NCBI GenBank assembly: GCA_050298595.1
Contig: JBNKUM010000118.1
Coordinates: 41,146-105,145 of the forward strand
DNA from: Gammaproteobacteria bacterium
GTDB taxonomy: Bacteria; Pseudomonadota; Gammaproteobacteria; GCA-001735895
Direction of reading: 5' to 3'
DNA length: 64,000 bases
Below, one piece after another: positions 10,875 to 22,741 of this stretch (positions within the stretch are counted from its first letter, which is position 1; every line of letters begins with the position of its first letter). The position numbers were made by a program, and so were the translations under genes. The notes below the pieces were generated by a model, which saw only the letters and a list, made by a program, of their open reading frames with translations, made no database searches and was not told the origin of the DNA.

Positions 10875-11735
10875 TTAAAGTTTGCGTAACTGATCTCGCG
10901 TATGCTTCGCATCTTTGAAAGAATCGTGTAGCGCTTCAGCATCATGCTCCCTGATGGCTTTTGAGATCGAATCCAGTTCGCGCTGATAGCCTTCGATCAA
11001 TTCCAGCAAAGCCTCGCTATTGGCCAGGCAGATATCACGCCACATCACCGGGTCGCTGGATGCAATACGGGTAAAGTCTCGAAAACCACCCGCAGCATAA
11101 CTAAAGATCTCATCCTGATCACTCATCTTGGATAAATGTGATACCAGTGAAAAAGCCAACATATGTGGTAAATGTGAAGTAGCCGCAAGCACCCGGTCAT
11201 GATGCTGCACATCCATGGATTCAACCTCTGCTGAACAGGCTAGCCACATATTACGCACGGTTTCCAGCGCATCGGCAGATGTCTCAGCTATGGGTGTTAG
11301 AATTATTTTCCGATTTTGATACAGGGTAGCAAAGCCCGCTTCAACACCACTGCGTTCAGTACCCGCGATAGGATGACCCGGTACAAAGCGTGCTACATTT
11401 TTGCCCAGGCGTGCTCTAGCACAATCAATGACGCTTGCTTTAGCACTTCCAACATCGGTAATCACAGCAGTTTCTGAAATCGCATCTGCCAGTTCAGCAA
11501 ACACAGCATCCATTGCTCCTAAAGGCACTGCAACCACAACCACATCAGCATCTTTAACCGCATCGGCGATCGTTGTTTGATAGTTATCCAGAACACCGAG
11601 TTGCACACCCAGCTTTAGATTTTCGACATTACGGCCATAACCGGTTACTTTTTTTACATACCCAGCCTGTTTGAGAGCCAAAGCAAGCGAGCTGCCGATC
11701 AAACCAACACCGATTATGCTTAAATGATCAATCAT
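10875..11735 (-). CDS. tyrA: prephenate/arogenate dehydrogenase
   Basis: GVGLIGSS, TDVGSAK, GHPIAGTERSG, HDRVLAATSHLPH, GGFRDFTRIASSDP. Confidence 0.92.
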   Translation of the reverse strand: MIDHLSIIGVGLIGSSLALALKQAGYVKKVTGYGRNVENLKLGVQLGVLDNYQTTIADAVKDADVVVVAVPLGAMDAVFAELADAISETAVITDVGSAKASVIDCARARLGKNVARFVPGHPIAGTERSGVEAGFATLYQNRKIILTPIAETSADALETVRNMWLACSAEVESMDVQHHDRVLAATSHLPHMLAFSLVSHLSKMSDQDEIFSYAAGGFRDFTRIASSDPVMWRDICLANSEALLELIEGYQRELDSISKAIREHDAEALHDSFKDAKHTRDQLRKL

Positions 11736-11779
11736 TGGTTTTACATTCCAAATAGCTTAAAGATTCCTTCGCCCGCATG

Positions 11780-12886
11780 TTAAAGCGCAATTTTTGGATA
11801 AGAGCCGAGAATTTTGAATAGTGCCGCCTGCTTCTGCAAGCCTTCCAGAGCAATAGCCACATGCTCATCGTTTTGATGGCCATCAATATCGATAAAAAAC
11901 ACATAATCCCACAAACGATCTGGCGAGGGACGTGATTCAATCTTATTCATACTTATTTTATTTTCCGCCAGAGGCGACAGCAGTGAGAGTAATGAACCCG
12001 GCTGGTTGCGCGTGGATAATAACAATGAAGTCTTATCGTGTCCGCTGGGTGCTACTTCCATATCGCCTATCACCATGAAACGAGTAGTATTATTTACCAT
12101 ATCCTCAACATTTTTTGCACAAACCTTAAGCCCGACTATTTCAACAGCCTGAATACCGCAAATTGCAGCTGCTGTTTTATCTTCGCTGGCCAGATGAGCA
12201 GCTTCAGAATTACTGTTTACAGGAATACGCTCTATGCCCGGATAATTCTGGTCAAGCCAGTTTCGACATTGGGCAAAAGATTGCTGGTGCGAGTATATCT
12301 TTTTTATATCAGCAGGATTCTGGCTAAGATTTGCTAATTGATGGTGAATACGGATTTCAACTTCTCCACACACTTTAAGATCACTATGTAAAAACATATC
12401 CAGAGTATGGCTGATTACACCTTCAGTAGAGTTCTCCACTGGTACCAGCCCGAAGTCTGCATGCCCGGCTTCGACCGCATTAAAAACATCAGGAATACAA
12501 CTTAAAGCCACTGTATCGACCGAGTGACCAAAGTGTTTTAACGCAGCAGCCTGAGTGAAAGTTCCCTCAGGTCCCAGATAGGCGATACGCAAAGGTTGTT
12601 CAAGAGCAAGGCAGGCTGACATCACTTCGCGTATCAGGCGCCCAGCCTCTTTATCGCTAAGCGGTCCCTGATTCAATTGTTTCAGGCGATTGATCACCTG
12701 AACTTCACGATCAGGGCGAAAAAAATCCAGAGCCTCACCGTCCTTCAGCTCGGCTTTTTTTGCTTCAGCCACCTGGATAGCGTACTGCGCGCGTTGGTTA
12801 AATAACTTTAATAATTGCTCATCGATTTCATCGATGCGCTGTCGTAAGCTGAGTAAATCAGGAGTTGAATCGGTTTTTTGGGACAT
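11780..12886 (-). CDS. pheA: bifunctional chorismate mutase/prephenate dehydratase
   Basis: LRQRIDEIDEQLL, AYLGPEGTFT, PVENSTEG, NTTRF, KIESRP. Confidence 0.95.
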   Translation of the reverse strand: MSQKTDSTPDLLSLRQRIDEIDEQLLKLFNQRAQYAIQVAEAKKAELKDGEALDFFRPDREVQVINRLKQLNQGPLSDKEAGRLIREVMSACLALEQPLRIAYLGPEGTFTQAAALKHFGHSVDTVALSCIPDVFNAVEAGHADFGLVPVENSTEGVISHTLDMFLHSDLKVCGEVEIRIHHQLANLSQNPADIKKIYSHQQSFAQCRNWLDQNYPGIERIPVNSNSEAAHLASEDKTAAAICGIQAVEIVGLKVCAKNVEDMVNNTTRFMVIGDMEVAPSGHDKTSLLLSTRNQPGSLLSLLSPLAENKISMNKIESRPSPDRLWDYVFFIDIDGHQNDEHVAIALEGLQKQAALFKILGSYPKIAL

Positions 12887-14049
12887 CAGATAATACGTAC
12901 TGCCAGTACACCTTTGATTTGTTTTATTTGTTCAGCCACTGAAGCATCAATGGTTTTATCCAGATCCATCACAGTATATGCAATATCCTTACGTGACTCA
13001 TTCACCATATGGTGGATGTTAATATTGTTCGCACCGAGAATATGTGAAATCTGCCCAACCATATCCGGCATATTCTGATTTACAACGGTAAGACGAAAAT
13101 CGGTAGCCCTTGCCAACTGAACCTCGGGAAAATTTACCGAATTAGTAACATTCCCATTTTCCAGATAATCACGTATCTGATCAGCCACCATAATCGCACA
13201 ATTCTGTTCGGCTTCATGGGTTGAGGCACCCAGATGCGGTAGCATAATCACACCCTTTTTCCCTTTTAGCAGGTTTGAAGGAAAGTCAGAGACATAGGCC
13301 TGCAAATGATCCGATGCCAGTGAATCCAGTACCGCCTGATCATCGACGATACCATCTCGAGAAAAATTTAAAATCACGCCACCCTTTTTCATCATCGCAA
13401 GACGTTCAGCATTGATAATATTTTTTGTTGCCGGGATTAACGGCACATGCAAGGAGATAAAATCCACCTTGGTCATCATACTATCAACGCTACTGGTTGC
13501 TTTTACATCAGCGGACAGGTTCCAGGCGCTTTTTACGCTAATACCAGGATCATAACCAATTACCTTCATACCCAGAGATCGAGCCACATTTGCTACCTTG
13601 ACCCCTATCGCACCCAGACCAATAACACCTAATGTACGACCTGGTAATTCGTAGCCTACGTATTTTTTCTTTCCTTCTTCAACCTGTTTCGATATCGCTA
13701 CATCATCGCCTTTCAACTGACTGGTATATTCCCAGGCCTGGCATAGATTACGACAGGCAAGCAACATACCTGCAACCACTAGCTCCTTTACTGCATTGGC
13801 ATTCGCGCCGGGTGCATTGAATACAGCCACCCCGCGTTCGCTCATTTTTTCCAGTGGAATATTATTAACCCCGGCACCAGCTCGACCTACTGCTACGAGT
13901 GAAGACGGGATTTCCATATCATGCATCTTGAAAGATCGCAGTAAGATTGCATCAGGCTCAGAACATTCAGATGAAACCTCGTAGTCTCCGCGAGGTAAAC
14001 GTTCCAGACCCTGAGCCGAGATATTATTCAGAGTTAATATTTTTTTCAT
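12886..14049 (-). CDS. serA: D-3-phosphoglycerate dehydrogenase with C-terminal ACT domain
   Basis: RAGAGVNNIP, GVIGLGAIG, PHLGASTHEA, NSVNFP; follows serC. Confidence 0.88.
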   Translation of the reverse strand: MKKILTLNNISAQGLERLPRGDYEVSSECSEPDAILLRSFKMHDMEIPSSLVAVGRAGAGVNNIPLEKMSERGVAVFNAPGANANAVKELVVAGMLLACRNLCQAWEYTSQLKGDDVAISKQVEEGKKKYVGYELPGRTLGVIGLGAIGVKVANVARSLGMKVIGYDPGISVKSAWNLSADVKATSSVDSMMTKVDFISLHVPLIPATKNIINAERLAMMKKGGVILNFSRDGIVDDQAVLDSLASDHLQAYVSDFPSNLLKGKKGVIMLPHLGASTHEAEQNCAIMVADQIRDYLENGNVTNSVNFPEVQLARATDFRLTVVNQNMPDMVGQISHILGANNINIHHMVNESRKDIAYTVMDLDKTIDASVAEQIKQIKGVLAVRII

Positions 14050-14060
14050 TGGACTAATCC

Positions 14061-15143
14061 TTATCCATTGCGATTGGAGAAATCTTTCATGAACTCAATC
14101 AGAGTATCCACACCCTCTTCTGGCATTGCATTATAGATACTGGCTCGCATGCCACCCACTGAACGATGTCCTTTTAGAGTCACCAGACCCGCTTCCTTCG
14201 CTTCAGACAGGAAGGCAGCGTCCAGTTCTGAATTTTTCAGCACGAAAGGTACATTCATCCAGGAACGATTTTCCACCCTGACAGGGTTGGAGTAAAAATC
14301 ATTTCCATCAATAGCAGCATATAACTTTTGTGCCTTACGCTGATTTACTTCACCCATTGCGCTTAATCCACCATTCTTTTTCAACCACTGAAATACCAGA
14401 CCGGAAAGATACCAGGCATAGGTGGGAGGTGTGTTGTACATCGATTCGTTTTCAGCATAGGTCGCATAATTCAGCATAGCCGGGCAGCTATCAGTGGCAG
14501 AACCTATCAGATCATCACGAACAATGGCTATGGTTAAACCGGCAGGTCCGATATTCTTCTGTGCTCCCGCATAAATAATACCGTATTTGGTGACATCTAC
14601 TGGACGCGAAAGAATAGTAGATGACATATCTGCAACAATCGGTACATCACCTGTATCAGGTAATCCATCAAACTCTACACCGCCGATAGTTTCGTTTGGC
14701 GTGATATGGACATAGGCGGCATCACTGGATAAGGTCCAGTCAGCATAATCGGGCACAGAATTAAAACCATCCGCTTCAGAGCTTGCACAGATATTGACTT
14801 CTCCATAACGCTTACCTTCAGAGATCGCCTTCCTGGACCAGGCCCCAGTGTTACTATAATCCGCTTTACCAGTGCGCCCCATCAAATTTAACGGTACCAT
14901 AGCAAATTGAGTGCTTGCTCCACCTTGCAGAAACAGCACTTTATAGTTATCAGGAATAGACATTAACTCTCGTAAATCCTTTTCAGCAGTGCTGGCAATG
15001 CCCATAAACTCCTTGCCACGATGACTCATTTCCATCACCGACATACCACATCCCTGCCAGTCAATCAGTTCCTCTTGTGCCTGTTGCAATACTTCAGCCG
15101 GCAACACAGCCGGACCTGCACTGAAATTAAACACTTTTGCCAT
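14061..15143 (-). CDS. serC: phosphoserine aminotransferase
   Basis: [48 protein letters not shown]. Confidence 0.97.
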   Translation of the reverse strand: MAKVFNFSAGPAVLPAEVLQQAQEELIDWQGCGMSVMEMSHRGKEFMGIASTAEKDLRELMSIPDNYKVLFLQGGASTQFAMVPLNLMGRTGKADYSNTGAWSRKAISEGKRYGEVNICASSEADGFNSVPDYADWTLSSDAAYVHITPNETIGGVEFDGLPDTGDVPIVADMSSTILSRPVDVTKYGIIYAGAQKNIGPAGLTIAIVRDDLIGSATDSCPAMLNYATYAENESMYNTPPTYAWYLSGLVFQWLKKNGGLSAMGEVNQRKAQKLYAAIDGNDFYSNPVRVENRSWMNVPFVLKNSELDAAFLSEAKEAGLVTLKGHRSVGGMRASIYNAMPEEGVDTLIEFMKDFSNRNG

Positions 15144-15243
15144 TCTCTTTTCCCATTGAGTTAAAAAGTTTAAAGTTTCCCTCTGCTACCAGTTGAGTAA
15201 AAAATAAAACTCAGCGCTATTCGAAAAGGGTGTATTAGTGAAT

Positions 15244-17808
15244 CTATTCTTCGCCAGCATCTCCGTTCTCTTCATCGTCGGTGGCAACAGGCTCAATTTG
15301 AACCAGTTTTTCATCTTTGCTAAGACGTATCAGGGTGACACCCTGAGTATTACGCGACATGACTGAAATATCTGAAACTGGGGTACGCACCAGAGTACCG
15401 GCATTACTGATCAACATGACTTCATCTTCATCACTGGCAAGAATAGCGCCAACTACCTTTCCGTTTCTATCGCTAGTCTGGATTGAAATCACGCCCTGGC
15501 CACCACGCCCCTGACGGGAGAAATCTGACACTATGGTACGTTTTCCAAAACCGTTTTCAGTAGCAAACAGTATGGTATTTTCTACTTCAGGTTGAACTGC
15601 GATCAATGAGATCACCTGATCGTCAGGTTTAATCCGAATACCGCGTACACCCGCTGCAGTACGGCCCATGGCGCGTACACCCTGTTCGGGGAAGCGTATA
15701 CCCTTACCAGAAGCGGTAAACATCATCAGGTCTTTTTCACCGTGAGTGAGTTGTACACCCACCAGACTATCATCATCGCGCAGGTCAATCGCAATAATGC
15801 CATTTGTTCTGGGGCGGGAGAAACTGGAAAGTGGCGTACGTTTTACCGTACCGCTAGTAGTAGCGAAAAAGATAAAATCACTTTCTGGATAATCACGTAC
15901 CGGCAGTATAGCGGTAATGCGTTCATTTTCTTCCAGCGGTAACAGGTTAACCATAGGACGACCACGTGCCGTTCTGGAACCAATAGGTAACTGATAAACC
16001 TTTAGCCAGTAAACCTTGCCAAGTGTGGAGAAACATAACAGCGTATCGTGAGTAGAAGCGATAAACATCTTTTCGATAAAATCTTCATCCTTAACCTTAG
16101 TGGCTGCTTTGCCGCGCCCACCTCTTTTTTGGGCCGTATAGGCCTCTAAAGGCTGCGCCTTTGCGTAGCCAGCATGACTTAAGGTCACCACGACTTCTTC
16201 ATCATTGATTAAATCTTCAACCGTCAAATCCTGCTGATCAATAACGATTTCTGTACGTCGTGGATCGGCAAACTGTTCTTTGGCTGAGAGTAATTCAATA
16301 CGGATTTCGGACATCAGGCGCTCTTCGCGATTCAGGATATCCAGTAAGTCTTCAATCTTTTCCAGGATTTCGCGGTACTCGCTGATAATTTTTTCCTGCT
16401 CTAAACCAGTCAGCTTGTGCAGCCTTAAATCCAGAATCGACTGAGCCTGTTTTTCAGTCAGGTGGTAGGCATTGTCATTCAGACCGAATTCAGTCCCCAG
16501 CCCATCTGGGCGTGATGCTGCAGAACCGGCACGCAATAACATGTCATTGACCAGTCCAGGCGCCCAGGCACGTTCCAGTAAGGATGCCTTTGCAACCGCA
16601 GGACTAGGAGATTTTTTGATCAATTCGATAATTTCATCGATATTGGACAGGGCAACCGCCAGACCTTCTAACAGATGCGCACGTTCACGCGCCTTACGTA
16701 AATCATAAATGGTTCTACGGGTAACGATTTCACGACGATGACGGATAAAGGCATGCAGGATCTGACTCAGATTCAACAAACGCGGCTGGCCATCGACCAA
16801 AGCCACCATATTGATACCAAATACATTTTGTAATTGAGTTTGCTGGTACAGGTTATTCAGAATCACATCGGCGATTTCACCTCGACGTAATTCGATTACC
16901 ATGCGCATACCGTCCTTATCAGACTCATCACGTAGGCCGGTGATTCCTTCTATTTTCTTTTCTTTAACAAGCTCAGCAATCTTTTCCAGCAAACGCGCCT
17001 TGTTCACCTGATAAGGTAACTCATGCACGATAATACTTAGCTTACCGGACTTCTCATCTTCTTCTATCTCAGTACGAGCTCGCAGGTAAATTCTGCCACG
17101 GCCTGTTCGATAGGCCTCACGTATGCCACGCGCACCGTTGATGAAGGCAGCAGTTGGGAAATCGGGCCCAGGAATACATTCCATTAACTGTTCAACGGTT
17201 GCATCGGGTTGATCAACCAGCAATACACAGGCATCAATCACTTCACCCAGATTATGCGGTGGGATATTAGTCGCCATACCCACGGCGATACCGGATGAAC
17301 CATTCACCAGTAGATTAGGAATTTTGGTTGGCAGAACTGAGGGTTCTGACTCTGATTCATCATAGTTAGGAATGAAATCAACGGTTTCCTTTTCCAGGTC
17401 GGCCAGCAACTCGTGCGCAATCTTGGACATACGGACTTCTGTATATCGCATTGCAGCAGGCGAATCACCATCCACCGAACCAAAGTTACCCTGACCATCA
17501 ATCAGCATATGACGTAAGGAAAATGGCTGTGCCATACGTACTATCGTATCGTACACTGCAGTATCACCATGCGGGTGATATTTACCGATTACATCACCCA
17601 CAACACGGGCAGATTTCTTGTAAGGTTTATTCCAGTCATTGCCCAGTTCGCTCATCGCGAACAGCACTCTTCGATGCACCGGTTTCAAGCCATCGCGTAC
17701 ATCAGGAAGAGCACGACCAACGATGACACTCATGGCGTATTCAAGATACGACTGGCGCATCTCATCTTCAAGGTTTACGGGAAAGATTTCCTTTGCTATA
17801 TCAGCCAT
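15244..17808 (-). CDS. gyrA: DNA gyrase subunit A
   Basis: [32 protein letters not shown] (catalytic Tyr), GyrA box QKRGGRG. Confidence 0.98.
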   Translation of the reverse strand: MADIAKEIFPVNLEDEMRQSYLEYAMSVIVGRALPDVRDGLKPVHRRVLFAMSELGNDWNKPYKKSARVVGDVIGKYHPHGDTAVYDTIVRMAQPFSLRHMLIDGQGNFGSVDGDSPAAMRYTEVRMSKIAHELLADLEKETVDFIPNYDESESEPSVLPTKIPNLLVNGSSGIAVGMATNIPPHNLGEVIDACVLLVDQPDATVEQLMECIPGPDFPTAAFINGARGIREAYRTGRGRIYLRARTEIEEDEKSGKLSIIVHELPYQVNKARLLEKIAELVKEKKIEGITGLRDESDKDGMRMVIELRRGEIADVILNNLYQQTQLQNVFGINMVALVDGQPRLLNLSQILHAFIRHRREIVTRRTIYDLRKARERAHLLEGLAVALSNIDEIIELIKKSPSPAVAKASLLERAWAPGLVNDMLLRAGSAASRPDGLGTEFGLNDNAYHLTEKQAQSILDLRLHKLTGLEQEKIISEYREILEKIEDLLDILNREERLMSEIRIELLSAKEQFADPRRTEIVIDQQDLTVEDLINDEEVVVTLSHAGYAKAQPLEAYTAQKRGGRGKAATKVKDEDFIEKMFIASTHDTLLCFSTLGKVYWLKVYQLPIGSRTARGRPMVNLLPLEENERITAILPVRDYPESDFIFFATTSGTVKRTPLSSFSRPRTNGIIAIDLRDDDSLVGVQLTHGEKDLMMFTASGKGIRFPEQGVRAMGRTAAGVRGIRIKPDDQVISLIAVQPEVENTILFATENGFGKRTIVSDFSRQGRGGQGVISIQTSDRNGKVVGAILASDEDEVMLISNAGTLVRTPVSDISVMSRNTQGVTLIRLSKDEKLVQIEPVATDDEENGDAGEE

Positions 17809-18086
17809 TCAAACAGTTTCTCATGTGGGGTTACAGCCTAAGCCAGATTGCAGTCTGAGCGATACATCAACCCGATAATCGGGTCGTGCTTGGCATCAAA
17901 TTGGGATGATTTGATGAAATAAAAATGATTGGAATTGATAATATTTATTGCTAATTCGCCAGACGTTAAACTGTGCTAGCGGCTCCATATTTTTGATTTG
18001 AGCGATTTTAACACACACCCTGACAAAACCACTAGTCCAATAAACGCCGCTTACAGCCCATTTAGGGGTGATTTATCCAAAATTTG

Positions 18087-19106
18087 TTAAAATAAGTCCT
18101 TCATTTTGTTTTTGTCAGGCTGCATAACGATACCCTTCTCTGTGACGATGGCTGTCACCAGACTTGCCGGGGTCACATCGAACACTGGATTCCAGGCATC
18201 TACCCTGCTCTGATCGGTATAATACTGACCCAGAATCTCATCCTGGCCGCGCTGTTCTATCTCGACCTGATCACCACTTTCGGTCACCATATCGACTGTA
18301 GTAATAGGGGCAACCACCATCATGGAAACCCCGTAATGCTGTGCCATCACAGCCAGGTTATTGGTGCCGACCTTATTAATAACATCTCCGTTGGCACAGA
18401 TTCGATCTGCGCCGACTATGACCCAGTCGATTTTCATCTGTGCAAATAAAGAAGAAGCCGCGCCTTCAATGATGACCGAAACAGGGATATCATCTTCAGC
18501 CAGCTCCCAGGCTGTTAATCGAAGGCCCTGTAACCAGGGCCGGGTTTCTGATGCAAACACTCGATCCAGACGCTTTTCATACCAGGCACTTCTAATAACG
18601 CCCAGAGCGGTGCCATAACCCGCTGTAGCCAGAGCTCCCGCATTACAATGTGTTAGCACCCTGCTTCCCGGTTTGATAAGGCTTGCACCTAGCTGGCCCA
18701 TGGCCAGATTATCATCCAGATCCTGCTGATGTATGCGTCTCGCATTATCCAGCAATGCCTGTTGCATATTCTCGCACTGGTTGTCGAGTACCTGGCGCTG
18801 CTGCTGTACCGCCCAGCTTAGATTAACAGCTGTGGGTCGTGCATCATTTAATAACACCAATGCCTGTTCAAAATCATAACTCGAGTCCCGCAACCACTGA
18901 CGATATCCCAGACAGACCGCATACGCGGCAGTAATGCCTATAGCAGGTGCGCCTCGAACCACCAGATCTTTAATCGCCTGCGCCGCTTGCTCCAGCGTGT
19001 TACACACAAGATTCTCCATCTGCTGGGGAAGCTTACGCTGATCGATTAGTATAAGACTGTCATTCGACCAGCTGATCGGTGAGATTTTGGATGGATGTGT
19101 AGACAT
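18087..19106 (-). CDS. mtnA: S-methyl-5-thioribose-1-phosphate isomerase
   Basis: VRGAPAIG, RPTAVNL, LTHCNAGALAT, ETRPWLQG, GADRICANGD, NPVFDVTP. Confidence 0.94.
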   Translation of the reverse strand: MSTHPSKISPISWSNDSLILIDQRKLPQQMENLVCNTLEQAAQAIKDLVVRGAPAIGITAAYAVCLGYRQWLRDSSYDFEQALVLLNDARPTAVNLSWAVQQQRQVLDNQCENMQQALLDNARRIHQQDLDDNLAMGQLGASLIKPGSRVLTHCNAGALATAGYGTALGVIRSAWYEKRLDRVFASETRPWLQGLRLTAWELAEDDIPVSVIIEGAASSLFAQMKIDWVIVGADRICANGDVINKVGTNNLAVMAQHYGVSMMVVAPITTVDMVTESGDQVEIEQRGQDEILGQYYTDQSRVDAWNPVFDVTPASLVTAIVTEKGIVMQPDKNKMKDLF

Positions 19107-19193
19107 GATTTAACCGGGCTAAAAATCGCGTATTATACGTTTAAAATGTCCCGTGACATTGCACAATATTCATTTTCGTCATAAGGTTCGCGC

Positions 19194-20513
19194 ATGAAAA
19201 CCCTAACCATCATAAAAGCCCGCTGGATTTTGACCGTTAACCCGCAGTTTGAACTACTGGAGCATGCTGCGCTGGTGATAGATGGTGATGAGATTCAACG
19301 CATTCTACCTGCAGACGAGCTCCAGCCTCAGGAGCTGGATCAGGCTGAAGTGTTTGAACTGGAAAACCACGTACTAATGCCGGGCCTGGTCAATACTCAT
19401 ACTCATGCAGCGATGAGCCTGATGCGCGGTATCGCCGATGACCTACCTTTAATGGAATGGTTGAATGATCATATCTGGCCGGTTGAAAGGCGTTGGGTGG
19501 ACCGAGAGTTTATTGAGGATGGTATTAAGCTAGCCGTTGCAGAAATGGTGCGCGGTGGCACGACCTGTTTTAACGATATGTATTTCTTCCCCGATGTAAT
19601 GGCCAAAACCTGTCAACAGATGGGCATGCGTGCCACAGCAGGTCTGATCGTACTGGATTTCCCAACCATGTGGGCGCAATCTGCCGATGAATATCTGAGC
19701 AAGGCATTGACGGTACTCGACGAGATACACGAATTTCCATTAATCTCTTCAGCACTTGCCCCACATGCGCCCTATACCGTTTCTGATGAACCCTTAAAGA
19801 AAATAGCCATGTACAGCAACGAACTCGACTTACCCGTTCACATACATGTACACGAAACCCAGTTCGAGATCGACGAAGCGGTAAAAAATAGCGGCATGCG
19901 GCCACTAGAAAGGCTGGATCAGCTAGGCCTGCTCACCCCCAACCTGATGGCTGTCCACATGACCAGCATTAATGAAATGGAGCTGGAACGCCTGGCCGAA
20001 ACCGGGGTAAATATCGTGCATTGCCCAGAATCTAACCTGAAACTGGCAAGCGGCTTCTGCCCGGTTAGCAAGTTGCAACAGCAAAACAGCAATGTCTGCC
20101 TGGGTACCGATGGCGCTGCCAGCAATAATGATCTGGATATGTTTGGCGAAATGCGTAGCGCTGCACTTTTGGCCAAAGGCATATCCGGTGATGCTAGTAG
20201 CTGTAACGCTGAGCAGAGCGTACGTATGGCAACCATTAATGGGGCCAAAGCACTGGGGTTGAATAAAAAAATCGGCTCACTTGAAGTCGGCAAGAAAGCC
20301 GACATGATAGCGGTCGACTTTTCACAGATAAACAGTCAACCCATCTACGACCCGGTCGCCCAACTGGTGTATTCCTGCAACAGCCTGCAGGTTTCGCATG
20401 TATGGATAAACGGTATCAACAAACTCAACAACTATCAACTTACCGATATAGATGCGGTAGAAATCATTTCAAAAGCCCAACAGTGGCAGCAAAAAATCTC
20501 AGATAATTCATGA
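19194..20513 (+). CDS. mtaD: TRZ/ATZ-family amidohydrolase (MTA/SAH deaminase-like)
   Basis: PGLVNTHTHAAM, APHAPY, HIHVHET, HCPESNLKLASG, GTDGAASNN; divergent from mtnA, upstream of ubiG. Confidence 0.8.
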   Translation: MKTLTIIKARWILTVNPQFELLEHAALVIDGDEIQRILPADELQPQELDQAEVFELENHVLMPGLVNTHTHAAMSLMRGIADDLPLMEWLNDHIWPVERRWVDREFIEDGIKLAVAEMVRGGTTCFNDMYFFPDVMAKTCQQMGMRATAGLIVLDFPTMWAQSADEYLSKALTVLDEIHEFPLISSALAPHAPYTVSDEPLKKIAMYSNELDLPVHIHVHETQFEIDEAVKNSGMRPLERLDQLGLLTPNLMAVHMTSINEMELERLAETGVNIVHCPESNLKLASGFCPVSKLQQQNSNVCLGTDGAASNNDLDMFGEMRSAALLAKGISGDASSCNAEQSVRMATINGAKALGLNKKIGSLEVGKKADMIAVDFSQINSQPIYDPVAQLVYSCNSLQVSHVWINGINKLNNYQLTDIDAVEIISKAQQWQQKISDNS

Positions 20514-21214
20514 ATACACAAAATGTCGATCACGCTGAAGTTGAAAAATTTCAGTCTATAGCCAGTCGCTGGTGGGATACCGAAAGCGAATTCAAAACCC
20601 TGCATGATATCAATCCCCTGCGCATCAATTATATTGAACAGCAATGCGGCGGACTGGAAGGCAAAAAGGTCCTGGACATAGGCTGCGGTGGCGGCATTCT
20701 ATCAGAAGCCATGGCAGCAAAAGGCGCCATAGTAACAGGAATAGATATGGCGGAATTGTCGCTTGATGTTGCGCGTATGCATTTAATGGAATCTGGCCTT
20801 AAGGTGGACTATCAGAAAATCACAGCTGAAGAATTCTGTGCTCTTCATACTCATCAATTCGATGTGGTTACCTGCATGGAATTACTTGAGCATGTACCTC
20901 AGCCATTATCCATAATCAATGCAGCCGCTCACTCACTAAAGCCAGAAGGCAGTATGGTTTTATCCACGCTAAATAGAAATCCTAAATCCTATCTGCTGGC
21001 TATAGTCGGTGCCGAATACATCATGAAGATGCTGCCCAAAGGCACCCACGATTACAATAAATTCATCAAGCCCTCAGAGCTTGCGCGAGCAGTTCGAGAA
21101 TCGGGTATGGAAGTACAGGATGTCAGCGGCATGAGCTACCACCCCATTACCCGACAATACAGTCTGAGTCGTGATGTAGATGTCAACTACCTGATGTCCT
21201 GTCGCCACAGATAA
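20510..21214 (+). CDS. ubiG: ubiquinone biosynthesis O-methyltransferase
   Basis: NVDHAEVEKF, LHDINPLR, LDIGCGGGILSE, CMELLEHVP, LPKGTHDY. Confidence 0.96.
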   Translation: MNTQNVDHAEVEKFQSIASRWWDTESEFKTLHDINPLRINYIEQQCGGLEGKKVLDIGCGGGILSEAMAAKGAIVTGIDMAELSLDVARMHLMESGLKVDYQKITAEEFCALHTHQFDVVTCMELLEHVPQPLSIINAAAHSLKPEGSMVLSTLNRNPKSYLLAIVGAEYIMKMLPKGTHDYNKFIKPSELARAVRESGMEVQDVSGMSYHPITRQYSLSRDVDVNYLMSCRHR

Positions 21215-21220
21215 CTCCCT

Positions 21221-21871
21221 ATGACGATTCAGGCTATTTTATTCGACCTGGACGGCACCCTGGTCGATACAGCTCCCGATTTAGCGGTTGCACTAAATCA
21301 CGTCGTGGCTGAAGAAGGGCTAGCCACCCTGCCGCTAGAAGAAATACGCCCGCATGTTTCACGCGGCGGGCTGGCACTCATCCAGCTGGCATTCCAGCAA
21401 CATCGTCAGGAACATGAACTTGAGCCCCTGCGCTTGCGTCTGCTGAACTATTATCTGGAGCATATCGCGGATCACTCGCGCCTGTTTGATGGTTTTGAAT
21501 CGGTACTTGAAACTCTGGAAAACAATTCGATCCCCTGGGGCATAGTCACCAATAAACCGGGCTGGCTCACCCAACCTTTATTAGTAGCATTAAAACTCGA
21601 CCAACGCTCCGCTGTTACGATCTCTGCCGACACCACAGCACAAAAGAAACCGCATCCTTTGCCGCTGACCACCGCAGCTGAGTTAATCAATGTTGATTGC
21701 AAAAACTGCCTGTATATTGGTGACGACCCACGCGATATTACTGCAGGTAACGCGGCTGAAATGATTACAGTCATCGCAAAATACGGCTATATAAGTGAGA
21801 ATGCAGATCTGGACCAATGGCAGGCGCAACACCACATCGATTCTCCACAGCAAATTCTTGAACTGATCTAA
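21221..21871 (+). CDS. HAD phosphatase (phosphoglycolate phosphatase/MupP-like)
   Basis: LFDLDGTLVDTAPD, VTNKP, KKPHP, YIGDD; typical position after ubiG. Confidence 0.85.
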   Translation: MTIQAILFDLDGTLVDTAPDLAVALNHVVAEEGLATLPLEEIRPHVSRGGLALIQLAFQQHRQEHELEPLRLRLLNYYLEHIADHSRLFDGFESVLETLENNSIPWGIVTNKPGWLTQPLLVALKLDQRSAVTISADTTAQKKPHPLPLTTAAELINVDCKNCLYIGDDPRDITAGNAAEMITVIAKYGYISENADLDQWQAQHHIDSPQQILELI

Positions 21872-21903
21872 AGCTTAATAAATTTTACACATCTAAAAAC
21901 ACT

Positions 21904-22647
21904 ATGAACACAGCAACCATACCCAAAGACTATCAACCCACAGATAACTGCCTGAAAGATAAGGTCATCCTGATTACCGGTGCCACTGGAGCGTATGGCA
22001 AAGCCATGTCATTGTCTTACGCCAGTCACGGAGCCACTGTGATCCTGCTCGGCAAAAATGTACGCCTGCTTGAAAACCTGTACGATGAAATCGAACAGGC
22101 AGGCTACCCCATGCCCGCCATCTACCCACTCAATCTTGAAGGGGCTACTGAAAAAGATTACTACGATATGGCGCAGAATATAGACAATGAATTCGGACGA
22201 CTGGATGGACTGGTACATGCTGCTGGTATTCTGGGTGACCCTACCCCGTTCCAGCATAGCGAAACAGAAGGCTGGTACAAGGTTATGCAGGTTAATCTGA
22301 ATGGCCCGTATATGATGACCAAACATCTGATCGATTTATTCAAAAAGTCCGACCATGCCTCACTAGTTTTTATGACCGATGTAAAAACAGGGGCTTACTG
22401 GGATGCCTATACGGTGAGTAAAAAGGCAGTCGATGGCCTGATGCAGAATCTTGCAGCGGAATACGAAGGTTCCAGTCTTTTCGTTAACAGCTTTAATCCT
22501 GGTCCATCAAAAACTGCACTGCATATTCGTGCCTTTCCTGCTTCAATGGAGAATGATTCACTGCCTGAACCGAAACAGCATAAAGACCTGATGCTTTATC
22601 TGATGAGTGATGAGTTAGATCAATGTGGTGTTTGTTTTACGCCTTAA
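21904..22647 (+). CDS. yciK: YciK-family short-chain dehydrogenase/reductase
   Basis: LITGATGAYG, GATVILLG, YDEIEQAG.P.PAIYPLNL, YWDAYTVSK (YxxSK); ubiG-gph-yciK synteny. Confidence 0.82.
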   Translation: MNTATIPKDYQPTDNCLKDKVILITGATGAYGKAMSLSYASHGATVILLGKNVRLLENLYDEIEQAGYPMPAIYPLNLEGATEKDYYDMAQNIDNEFGRLDGLVHAAGILGDPTPFQHSETEGWYKVMQVNLNGPYMMTKHLIDLFKKSDHASLVFMTDVKTGAYWDAYTVSKKAVDGLMQNLAAEYEGSSLFVNSFNPGPSKTALHIRAFPASMENDSLPEPKQHKDLMLYLMSDELDQCGVCFTP

Positions 22648-22741
22648 ACTAAGGGCATTAAAAAACCAAAGATATCCTGGTGTCGGAGTCTGTGATTATT
22701 TAAGGCTCAATGCTAAATCCTCATCTGCATTTTCAAGCACC

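Noticed and set aside
11728-11940. 70-aa ORF between pheA and tyrA, considered as a hisC remnant
   Set aside because: It is an alternative frame of the pheA 3' end with no aminotransferase motifs.
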